Shown here piece after piece: positions 52,831-64,000 of a stretch of DNA of 64,000 nucleotides (the first letter of the stretch is position 1; every line of letters begins with the position of its first letter). A program made the position numbers and the translations under genes. This stretch comes from Rhina ancylostomus (Eukaryota). Below the pieces are notes generated by a model. The model was not told the origin of the DNA, made no database searches, and worked only from the letters and a program-made list of their open reading frames with translations. The stretch covers positions 39,815,987 through 39,879,986 of the forward strand of contig JARFYF010000002.1 of assembly GCA_030265395.1 (NCBI GenBank), written 5' to 3'.

Positions 52831-54301
52831 TGATTTTTGCTTGATTTTAACCCGATCCACTTTAGAGATCTGCCTCCTAAAGCTGAGTGACATATTTCAT
52901 TACCAATGTAAATTTACAGAGAGAAAAAAATATCTATTTAATGGGCCAGAATGGTATCAGCAACTGACTTGCTTTTTGCTGATCAGAAAATGTTGACTTG
53001 CTGTCCTGATCCAAAGCTGTGAGGCACTGGCAACAGTAGAACCTTGCATGATACCGCATGCAGCAGGGAGATGGGATTTAGGGCAAGTACTTGTCACAGA
53101 AGGGCTAAAAAGTTTTTGACAGCTAGCTAGTAAACCTGTCACACATTGGGTGTGCCTACCAGTCAAAATCAAAATCAACTAAATAAAAACATTATTGAAA
53201 ATAGAAAAGTTAAATGACAAAACACTTTAAAATAAATAAAGCTGAAAAGCAAATTCAATTAAGTTGAAGTGATGCAAGCCAGTGTTTGTGTTATCCTTAT
53301 CACTCAGAGACATTCCACTTCATGTAAGTTAATGCAATCATTTTTCCTGAAGTCAGTCTAAACCGGTGCAGGGTCTCTGATAAGATTCCTCAGTGTAAGT
53401 GCTGGGAAACTGCATTATGTTCACACTCCATCAATTGACCCAGCTTCAGTGCTACATTGTGCATCTACTATGAGTGCATTCTTGCAGAAAAGAATGACTA
53501 GAAACAAAATAGAGCATCCACATCTCATCTTACCAGAAGTTTTTCTTTCACTATAAGATTTGCTCAGATCCATAATAGTGTTGTGTAGACGACATGACCA
53601 TCATGGTGCCCTGGAGATCTAGAAGTTCATGGTTGTCTAATCAAGTAGAGGTCATACTAGGATTTACATTCCTAACTAATGATTTTCTGCCACAAAGAAT
53701 CCTAAATCAAAATCATCCTTACAAATAAACATCAATAATATTACCACAGTGTTCTTTCAAAATAAGTAGCTAAATTATGTTCTTTGCAAATATTAAATTA
53801 TAACATGCTTGTGGAAAACATGGACTGGTTTAGGAATCTTGGCAGGATCAATAAGGAAGATAATTTACATAAGCAATCAATAATAAAACTGATTAAAATA
53901 CTNNNNNNNNNNNNNNNNNNNNNNNNNNNNNNNNNNNNNNNNNNNNNNNNNNNNNNNNNNNNNNNNNNNNNNNNNNNNNNNNNNNNNNNNNNNNNNNNNN
54001 NNNNNNNNNNNNNNNNNNNNNNNNNNNNNNNNNNNNNNNNNNNNNNNNNNNNNNNNNNNNNNNNNNNNNNNNNNNNNNNNNNNNNNNNNNNNNNNNNNNN
54101 NNNNNNNNNNNNNNNNNNNNNNNNNNNNNNNNNNNNNNNNNNNNNNNNNNNNNNNNNNNNNNNNNNNNNNNNNNNNNNNNNNNNNNNNNNNNNNNNNNNN
54201 NNNNNNNNNNNNNNNNNNNNNNNNNNNNNNNNNNNNNNNNNNNNNNNNNNNNNNNNNNNNNNNNNNNNNNNNNNNNNNNNNNNNNNNNNNNNNNNNNNNN
54301 N

Positions 54302-54580
54302 GGACAGCATTTATCCCACTGTTATAAGACTACTGAACAGTTCTCTTGTATGATAAGATGGACTCCTGACCTCACAATCTACCTCGTTATGACCTTGCAC
54401 CTTATTGTCCACCTGCATTGCACTTTCTTTGTGGCTGTTCAACTTAATTCTGCATCCTGTTCTTGTTTTACCCTATACTACCTCAATGCACTGTGTAATG
54501 AATTGATTTGTATGAACAGTAGGCAAGACAAGTTTTTCACTGTACCTCGTATATGTGACAATAATAAACCAATTCCAATT
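54302..54580 (+). mobile_element. Rex1/Babar-like LINE 3' UTR
   Basis: Closely matches 35615-35900 (GACCTCACAAT.TA...CCTTGCACCT...ATGTGACAATAATAAACCAATT). Confidence 0.75.
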
Positions 54581-55088
54581 CACTGGGAAAATAATAGTAA
54601 GTTCACAACACTTGTTCATTATCAACAACTTAAAAAAAAACTATCAGTGATGTTGATGACTGAGTTGTCATTATTCTTGTACTTCTTGTACCTTGTTGTC
54701 CCATGAAGATCCAAAAATTGCTGGATTTGCAATTAAATTCAAATTAACCTCACTGCAGTAATGCCACAGTTATCTCAATTCATAAGAACCTTGTTATAAT
54801 TTCTGGATCTGACATGCCACTTAGCAATGGAGGCTCAGAAATTTAAAACATCACGTAGACTGTAAATGGTTTCCAATAGTTTTTTCCCGCTATGTTCTCT
54901 CTTTATGTTTCGTCTCTCCCTCCCCTAATCCAATCCTCTTTACCATCTATTTTCCTCTGTATTCAGTCTGGGATTAATGCACCATTTCTTCCATATAGTT
55001 TCACAATTCCTTCACTTTTTTTTAATTTCATTGGGAAAGGAGGGAAGTCTTAGATTGCCCATTAACTTTATTGCACTATTGTTAGATG

Positions 55089-55380
55089 AGATATCTTTAT
55101 CAGTCACATGTACATCGAAACACACAGTGAAATACATCTTTTGCATAGAGTGTTCTGGGGGCAGTCCGCAAGTGTTGCCACGCTTCTGGCACCAACATAG
55201 CATGCCCACAACTTCCTACCCCATACATCTTTGGAATGTGGGAGGAAACCAGAGCACCCGGAGGAAACCCACGCAGACACAGAGAGAACATACAAACTCC
55301 TTACAGACAGTGGCCAGAATTGAACCCGAGTTGCTGGCACTATAATAGTGTTATGCTAACCACTACACTACCATGCCCGC
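55089..55380 (-). mobile_element. tRNA-derived SINE, near full length
   Basis: Minus strand begins GGGCATGGTAGTGTAGTGGTTAGCATAACACT...CGGGTTCAATTC (A and B boxes), then core and tail. Confidence 0.8.
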
Positions 55381-57594
55381 AAATTATTAATTTGCACTAC
55401 CAATGTCCGGTGGTTAATAAAAGGTAAAAGCCAAAAAGCAACATGAATTTACAAATGGTACAATACAAATTTGTACATTTCTATCTCAATCAACAGGATA
55501 AATGGAAAATATGTGATCAACTACATACCTTTCATATCACCTTGAATGTCACCAGCTGCAGGAGAGGTGCTTAACATTTAAACACTTTCATGGTTGGGGA
55601 ATGACAAGGAAGCAAGTAGAAACCTAAATCAAGTCAATTAACTGATTGTAAAGAGATTGTAAAAAGTGTTTGAACAAAAAAATCTAATAAACTTCAAGTG
55701 GTTCAGAGGCAGATACATAATTTTATGTAGAAATTAAACAAATATGACCCAGATTTTGCAGATGTAACAACGGCAAAACTCATACCACCTTCTGCACTAT
55801 GCATGTATACAATGCTGTCACAAAGAAGATCTAGTCACTGACTCCCTGTTCATCCACAGGTTCTGAAACCTGCCTCAGTGTAATCTGCAAAAATCAGTGA
55901 TCTAACGAAAACCTCAAGTATTTACATTCCCACTATGAAAATGTTAAATGAAGCACTTTCTTGCAAGCGAGTATTTAACAGTGCACCAGGCCCTAATTAT
56001 GGCTTATTATCTCTTGAATACTATAAAACCCACTTTTACAAGTACAAATTGTCTGTCCTACTGATAAATATTTCAAAAGTCAGTGGACATTTGATCATTG
56101 TTTTCACCTTCTTTATCAGAGATGTTATTTTGTAACTTGTAATGTTAAAAATTGTGTTTTTTTACTTCTTGACTTACTGTCTGTGAAAACTAATTGATAA
56201 ACTGCTTAGTTTGCTTGATGACATCATTGTTACTGGTAGCTAGGGATCCTGTTGAACTGATACCGAACAGCAAACAATTTGAGAAAATTCTGTGGGCTGC
56301 TTTCTTCAAGATCAGCAGTAGGTGCAATCAATTTGTCACTGATTACATACTTTGAGGCCATAAACCTCAAAGGATTTAACCTCCGTTTAATCCTTGGTGG
56401 TCCGACTCAGAAACTGAGATTTGAATTTTGGAAAATAATCCCCTGGAGTACACTTGATCACAAGATTCTTGCCTGATCTTTACTTCTGCTCAATAAGCGT
56501 AAGTAAGTTGTCAATCAAAATAGACTTGCTTACATGTGGCCATCAAGTTCAAATCGCTATGACCACAAAGGCATAGCTATCTGACCTAAGTCTGAGAAGA
56601 TCCAACTCTGTGTGTCAGATTTGGATGAGAATGGCTTTAAAAAAAATTGCTTCTTTGAATCAGGTTGGGTCCGCAACATTTACAAATGAATGTGCTAATA
56701 AGGTATCCAGATTCTTGAATATCAAAAAAACTTCAGGTGTTATAAAAACAGAAAATACTGAAACACTGCAAGTCAGACAGCATCTACAGAAAGAGCAAAA
56801 TTTCAGGTTGAAGCCCCTTTTCTTGTTTTGAAACATGTATAAATGTATCTAATTTTACATGTTGGTGTGTCTTATGCTATCTGAGTGAGTGAAGGGGAAG
56901 GTTTGGTACCAAGTGTACTCAGTCACCACACAGGGAACATGAGGCGGTCTCTGTCCAGGTTCAAGAAAAGGGCGTTGGTAAAAGGAGCAGAAGTTGCAAC
57001 TTGGATTCAGAGTTTGATTGAAAGAGGTAACACAAAAAAAACATACTTGCACTCAAGGGTTTTACATGGAAGCCAAGTTGTAAAAGTTGGCGCTACTAGT
57101 AGATGCAGGGTCAATTAGACTCATGCCGTGTACTATCAACACATACTATTATAGACAATGATCAAATCATGTTTTACTTTTATTACTGAGTAGATCCCTA
57201 GTGTCCACTCATATAATTTCAGCAATATGTTGCCCAGAATCCCAACTTTATCATAAAGTATTCATTGCACTCTGGAATTTTGATGTTGTTTTGTTAAACA
57301 AGGTACAATTCTTGTCTTATATTGTTGAATATTTCTTCCTGTTGCTTATTAGCAAATTTCAACAAAAATGGGAATGCAAGAACTAGTTTGTTTTTAACCT
57401 AACAGAATAACTTCTCTTATTCGACTAGATGGGCTACTCCATATTCATAAATCTGAAAGAAATTGTTACTCATTAGGATTGTTAAAAGTCCTTCCAAGGT
57501 TTTACACCAAATTTATATAGCCCTGTAAAAGGGAACATACTTTTTTTTTAATCCTATCAGTAACTTCTTTTGTTGTTAATTTTTTCAAAAATAG

Positions 57595-57666
57595 GCAATG
57601 AAATAAATTTGCATCATTCAGCAAGCAAAGAAGACAGTGAGCATAACAGCAACTCAAAATCTGCAA
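57595..57666 (+). CDS. col10a1: col10a1 copy C extra 72-nt exon, Ser/His/acidic NC2 segment ([S]NEINLHHSASKEDSEHNSNSKSA)
   Basis: Long polypyrimidine tract + CAAAAATAG acceptor, donor A|GTAAGC, exactly 72 nt, phase 1-1, open in the frame set by exon 2; shares AAGAAGACAGTGA with the copy B mini-exon. Confidence 0.6.
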
Positions 57667-58739
57667 GTAAGCCAATTTCAATATTTGTAAGCAGAGTTTA
57701 TAATTGAAAATTGAGCATCTTTACTCCAAGGTAAGATCTCCAGTTTAGCAAGGGAAGAAATTTTAGGAAGCTGCCTTAATGTGCTTTGCTTCAGTATTTT
57801 GAACACATACAACAACAGAACATGTAAAAGCAGGAATACTAGAGACTGTGGATTGTGGACCACATCAACAAAACAGGCCCATCAAAGCCAAAAAGGTGGT
57901 AGATCATTTACATGTGTAATATATCACTGGATTAATTCCTCAGGTGACAGGACTGTCCCATACTGAGAGAATGACTTAAATTGGCTTTAATTCATAAAGT
58001 TTGAAGATTAACTTGTGATCTCATTGAAACATACAAGATTCCCATACCAATTATATGTTGGTAGGATGTTTCCTAAAAGGCAAATACTCAAGGGACCAGT
58101 CATTTAGAACTGAGATATAGAGATGTTTCTTTACAATGGATGTTGGTTAATTCTTATAGTCTCCTATCCCAGAAGCCCATGGCAGCTCAACACTGAATAT
58201 ATTTTGATTCGCAGACTGATTGATTTTTCAATATTTGCTGAATATATACTCTTAGGCTTTTCCAGTGGCACTCTTAATGATCTCCCAAGTTCTATCCATA
58301 TAACACAGAACTCTGCACTCACAGCCTTATTTTTGCAAAGCCTTAGAGTCATACAGCATGGTGAAAAGTTCTGATCATTTTTCACCTCTATGTAGTGATT
58401 TTAAAATTCTGATCCAAATCCGCATGTTTTTCTGTGGTCTCTCTTCACCATGTCACCCTCGCTCTTCCACAATCAGTCTCTGCTTACAATAGCCACCCTT
58501 CCAACTCTACCCAGTAAGTGTATTTCATTTCCACTGCTTCACCAATAGCAGAGTCTGCAGTCAACTTCCCCATATGTCCTGGAAATGTATCCTTGGATCC
58601 CACCACCATGCTTACTAAAATGACAACCAAGCTATCTTGAAATACCTCCATAAAACCTGCTATTTCAACTGTTAATCAGCCTCTAATTTCTCATTTTACT
58701 ATAACTCAGCCATGACAAGTACAGCAAAGCACATTGATA

Positions 58740-59232
58740 GTGCTAGAAAAGGTGTAAAGGTTGCCAGTATGTTGCCTGGGATGGAATATTTTATTTATGA
58801 GGAGTGACTGGAGAGCTTACGTCTGTTCTCCCGTGAGCAGAGGAGATTAAGAGGGCAACATGTTAGGGTATACAAAATTATAAGAATATAGATAGGGTAG
58901 GCTGCAGGAAACCTCTCCCCACATCAGAGGGAGTTAAAACTTGAAGATGTAGATTTAGGGTAAGGGGTTAAGGTACTTGGAAGAGATCTGATGACAATCT
59001 TCTTCACCCAGACTGTGGTAAATACCTAGAATGCACTGGCTGAGAGAGCATTTGAAATTGGGTTGCCGACAACATTTAAAAACTGTTTAGATGAGCACTT
59101 GAATCACCTAGGCATAGAGGGTATGGTCCTAGTGCTGGGAAATGGGATTAATATGGAAGAATTCCCACTGGTCAGCGTGGTTGAGTTGGGTTGAATGGCC
59201 TGTTTCCATGCTGTATGATTCTATGACTATAT
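58740..59232 (+). mobile_element. CR1 LINE 3' portion
   Basis: GAGCAGAGGAGATTAAGAGG...TATACAAAATTAT; tail GGCCTGTTTCCATGCTGTATGATTCTATGACTATATG. Confidence 0.75.
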
Positions 59233-60989
59233 GGTACAATGTGCATGATGATTCATTGGTTTATATAAAATCACTTCAAACTTTTAACACATATTTAGGA
59301 AAATAAGACCCCTTTCATCTTTACATTAAAGGCAGTGACCAAAAGCTTGCAAAGTGGTTTCAGTCTTGCTAATGTCGAGCTATTAAAGATTTTGACTTAT
59401 TGGAAGATCCCAAAAATGAATAATAAAACATAATGGGTTGGCTTTAATAAAGAACAATGAAAGGGTGAATAAGATTATGGAGTAATTTGAAGAAGTGTTT
59501 GAGAATCCTGAAAAAGTCATTAAGGTTAATAAGAATGTGAAGCTGGATGAGGATGTGATTAGTGTGGAGCATAGGCTGCAGAGGTTTGGATTATTTGAAA
59601 GTGACAACATATGGAGTTGAGTTGGCTGGCAAGAAGAAATCAACTTGGAGATCATCAAAGTTTAGACATGGGTTTTTCTGTTGGTTAATGTTCTTAAGTT
59701 GATGACTGTGGTTTTGGAAGCAATTCAAAGCAAGGCTTAAGACTATTAGGATTGCAGAGAAGCTCAGGATTCACACATTCAGGTTATGCCTAAATGAGGA
59801 CCAAAGGACAGTAATGGAGTGAGAGATGGAGGTACCTTGAAGATGCTATCAATAGTCAAATAAGGTGACATGGAGCTGAGGAAATTCATAGTCCTACCAA
59901 TTTTGCAGTATAACAGCATACCTGCAGCCAACAGTGGTGGAGCTGAAGTGGTCTTGGGTCTCATCAAGCAGCTTTCTGACCAAAACTTGCATTTAGAATG
60001 CTGTTGTTTTGCTGTTTAACCACAAGACACCCAGCAGTGATAATATTTGATTTGCTTTCCGGTCTCCCCTACTATCCTGTATTAGCTTTAATGAAATTAG
60101 AACATCCTGTGGGGAAATTAGTGTATTGAGTTCAGATTCTACTGCACTTGTAGGATGTGTTAATCTCTCATTGATTTCCAAAAAGGAAATGGTGAATGAC
60201 AGTGGTTGCATATATTTGCACCACAGGCATTAGTTATGTTGGCCTAAGGATAGGCACTAGTTGTCACTTCCCAATTTGTCTTCTGTTACCACATCAGGTT
60301 TTGGTATGAAGAGTATTCCATTTTTAGACACTATAAATACATAATCTGCGGAGTTTCTTCCCTTAAAAGTACCTTAAAATCAATATTAAAAAGCACAAAA
60401 AGTCAGAAGTGCTTTTAGAATGTGTATTTTTTCAAAAATAACAATCTAAACATGAAGCATGCCAGGAACTTGTAATTTATGAAAAAATAATACTGACCTT
60501 TTGTGGAGAAAGAAGTTCCAATGAAGAACTATTGGAGGCTCAAGGTATCAAATATAAACTAGCAGTGTACATACCATCTATGCCAAATAAATCAGGAACC
60601 TATTCACCATTATTTACAAACTAAAATAGTTGACAAAGTATAATGTAAAGATGTTTCCTGATATTATAGACATTTATGTTTGCAGACTTTTGTAAACAAA
60701 AACTGCTTTGATATTCAAATTGGTTTAAGTTAGATCCAACTATTCCATTTCCTTAATATAGTCTGCAATTTTATTATGTCCAATCAATTTTGTAAAAATA
60801 CATGGCATAGTTGTTGCAATTTTTTGATGCTCTATTTCTTACTTCTCAAAAAGCAATTACACTTTTCCATGATATAGTTGCACAGCATTGACTAGTTTTC
60901 AGTTCATTTCTAATGCATTATTATCATTGTGAGATTCTTGATAGTAAATGGCAACAATAAGAACAGCTGATGCTCATATGAGATCTTTA

Positions 60990-63240
60990 ACATTACAGCA
61001 TGAAAACGGGCCATTTGGCCCATTATGTACATCCCAACCAGTGGGCACCCATCCCGATTGGTCCCATCTACCAGTACTTGGCCTGTAGCTCTTTATGCGT
61101 CAATAATTTAAGTGCTTGTCTCGACACTTCCTAAATGCAGTCAGCGACTCTGCTTCTACCCCCCTCCCTGGCAGTGCATTTCAAATATTTACCACAAAGA
61201 TATAAAAAGATCCCCCTAAATTTTTGCCCCTTACCCTAAATCCATGTCCTTCAGTTTTATTCACATCTGACCTCACTTCTCCTGTCTCTTTTCATAACTG
61301 AACTGCTCCACCCCAGGCAACATTCAGGTGGATCTCCTCTCTACCCTCTACTGCACCATCACATTCTTCTCTGTGTATGGTGAACAGAACTGGATGCAGT
61401 AATCCAGCTGAGGTCTAACCAAAATTTTATAAAGTTCATCATAATTTCTCTATTTCTGTATTTGATAACCCAGCTAATGAAGGCCAGTGTACCATATGCC
61501 TTCCTAACAATATTATATATCTATGTTGCTATGTTCAAGGATCAATGGATTTCTACACCAAGGTCCCCTTGATCCTCAATATTCCCTAAGACCTTATTTT
61601 TCATGGTGTATAATTTAGCCTCATGAGTGCTCCCAAAATGTATCACCTCACATTTTACTGGATTAAACTCCATGTGCTATTTTCTTAGCCCATTTCGCCA
61701 ATACACGATATCTCTTCGCAGCACAAGATGAACTTCCACACCATCAACAGATCTGCCAATCTTCATGTCTTCAGTGAACTTGCTGATCATGCCTCCCATA
61801 TCCAAGTCATTCAAGCATATTACAAACAACAAAAGTCCCAACACCAATCCTTGTGGGATGCCACCAGTCACAAAAACAATTGCAAAAACAGCCACCTACC
61901 ATCACCCTCTGTCTCCTATTATCAAACCAATCTTGGATCCAGTTGGCTAAGCTACACTGGATCCCATAGGCCCTAACCTTTTGAACCAGTCTCCCATGTA
62001 GGGCCTTGTCAAAGGCTGTATTAAAGTCCATATAATCACTCATTATTCTGCCCTCATCACCATACTTCTAAGAATTCAATAAAATTGGTCAGACAGGCTC
62101 TGCCCTTTACAAAGCCATGTCAGCCCTCCCTCAACTCACAGCAGCCTAAGATAAATCCAATCCAGTCCAGGGGATTTATCCACCTTTATGTACCTTCTCT
62201 TTATTTATGGAGACCTCCATAACTTTAACCCTCTCCTTCACCAAATTGTCCAATTATGAAGTCTGTTTCCTTTGTGAACACTGAAAAGCACACCTATATT
62301 TTCTGGCTTTACATGCAGGTTGCCCATGTTGGGCCATACTTCTTACCTGTTTATTCCACTCAGCACCTTTAGAATTACCTTAATTCTGACTGCCAGTGAT
62401 TTCTTGTGACCCTCTTAATCTTCCTAATTTCTTTTTTAAGCATCTCCCTACACTTTTTATACTCATGACAGGTCTCCCCTGTCATTAATTCCCTCACATG
62501 CTTCCTTTATCCTCTTTATCGATTCCTCGATATCTCTGGAGATTCAGGGTTCCCTTGTTACCCCCTAGCTTTTACCCTTAACAGGAATATGTTGGCTTTG
62601 AAATCTTGCTAGTTCTTTTTTGAATGCAGATGGATTTTACCTGTAAGTAGATGTTCCCAATCTACCTTTGTCAGGTTCTCTCTTACATTAATGAAATTGG
62701 CCTTCCCCCAATTTAAGACCTTTATTATTGGTCCATCCCTATCATTTCCCAAAACCACTTTAAGGTACATAAAATATGGTCATCATCTCCAAAATGATCC
62801 TCCGCAAACACTCCCTCTACTTGACCAGTTACACAAGATAAGGTCCAGCAATGCTCCTTCATTCACTGGTCTATCTACATACTGCATCAAAATGCTCTTC
62901 TGGACACACCTCAAAAATTCCACCCTCTCTGAGCATTTAAAGATCAGACAATCGCAGTTAATATTTGGGAAACTGAAATGCCCTGGTACGATAACTTATT
63001 TTCATTGCATCGCTGATATTTGCCTGCACATCTGTACCTCTACCTCCCATTAACTGTTGGGAGGTTTGTAATAAACCTCCAACAAAGTGACAACACCCTT
63101 TGTTTCTAATCTCTAATCATATGGCCTCATTTGAGGAGCATTCTAGGATATCCCCCATCAATACTGCAATCTTTGATTAATGGTGCAATACCTCCTCCCT
63201 TTTTATTCATAGCTCTGTCACACTTGAAAATTCTAATCTA
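60990..63240 (-). mobile_element. degraded CR1 LINE (endonuclease to 3' UTR)
   Basis: Minus strand YMDFNTAFDKALHGRLVQKVRAYGI...NWIQDWFDNRRQRV and VTGGIPQGLVLGLLLFVICLNDLD...ISKFTEDMKIG. Confidence 0.85.
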
Positions 63241-64000
63241 ATCTTTGTACAATAACCTGCTCACATCCCCATCTCTCGAATATGAATTTTGTTAAATGAT
63301 CCTTGTTGCTGAATCTCTCAATGTTGTGATTAGACTTTTAAAGCACAGTAGGAAATCTTCCTGGTCTATCATGTGAAATTTACCAGCATTTAAAAAAGCT
63401 TCACACATCTGCATTTATTTCCTGTATTTTTAAATAAATTTTAAGTATGTCATATTGAAAATTCAGTCGTATTTTCTTAGTTATTTTGTGCCAACCACAG
63501 TTTAAGACTCAAAAAAAGAAATATTTAAGTGCAAGTTCAGTGCTCTCCCAGTCTTCAAACACAGATTTATGCCCACTTATAGTTCTCTCATTAATAAAAC
63601 CATGAAGTTACTTTGGTGCAACACTAGATTTAATGTCTGTGTTACATCCTAGGAAAAACCCCAGGCTAACATACACGTTTTATCCATCTCTTTATCTTGG
63701 TAAAATCTCTACAATCACCTCAACTGAGTTGTCTTTCTAACTTTACTTGAAGATGTGCAGAAATAAAAATATTTTGTATTTAGGGTTACATCTCTTCCTG
63801 TCTTGCCAAATCCAATATCTGTATTAATTCTACTAATTGGATGGGTTTGTGATACTATTCTATAATGGTCTTCAAAATGTTTCCAAACAAGGACTGTGGT
63901 GTGAAAAAATTTGTGAGAATTAAATCTTACAAAACTATCCTCAACTGACCTGTGTGCAGTTCTGGTCGTCCCATTATGGGAAGGATGTGAGGTTTTGGAG

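Noticed and set aside
55310-55380. tRNA-like A/B boxes on the minus strand
   Set aside because: SINE head continuing into SINE body, not a tRNA gene
1-64000. CRISPR arrays, operons or other prokaryotic systems
   Set aside because: The sequence is spliced vertebrate DNA; no repeat-spacer array seen

Overview
Eukaryotic (vertebrate) AT-rich draft-assembly DNA with N-gaps. The repeat content (CR1 LINEs with TTCTATG-type tails, Penelope, Rex1/Babar-like fragments, tRNA-derived SINEs) and gene arrangement point to a cartilaginous fish; this is inference. The window holds a same-strand (+) tandem array of three collagen X alpha-1 (col10a1)-like genes. Copy A shows only its terminal collagen+C1q exon (5193-7024). 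Copy B is complete: TATA at 16120, non-coding exon 1, signal-peptide exon 16620-16731, a 72-nt mini-exon 28393-28464 and terminal exon 28742-30600, giving about 680 aa. Copy C shows promoter, exon 1, signal-peptide exon 49665-49776 and a 72-nt mini-exon 57595-57666; its terminal exon is not in the window. The most notable observation is this extra symmetric 72-nt exon, absent from the mammalian 3-exon COL10A1 layout, encoding an acidic/Ser-rich peptide with S-x-E motifs in both B and C. B and C also share an alignable ~250-bp proximal promoter with RUNX-site turnover. The rest is intronic/intergenic DNA rich in decayed transposons. Repeat boundaries are approximate and all alignments were done by eye.
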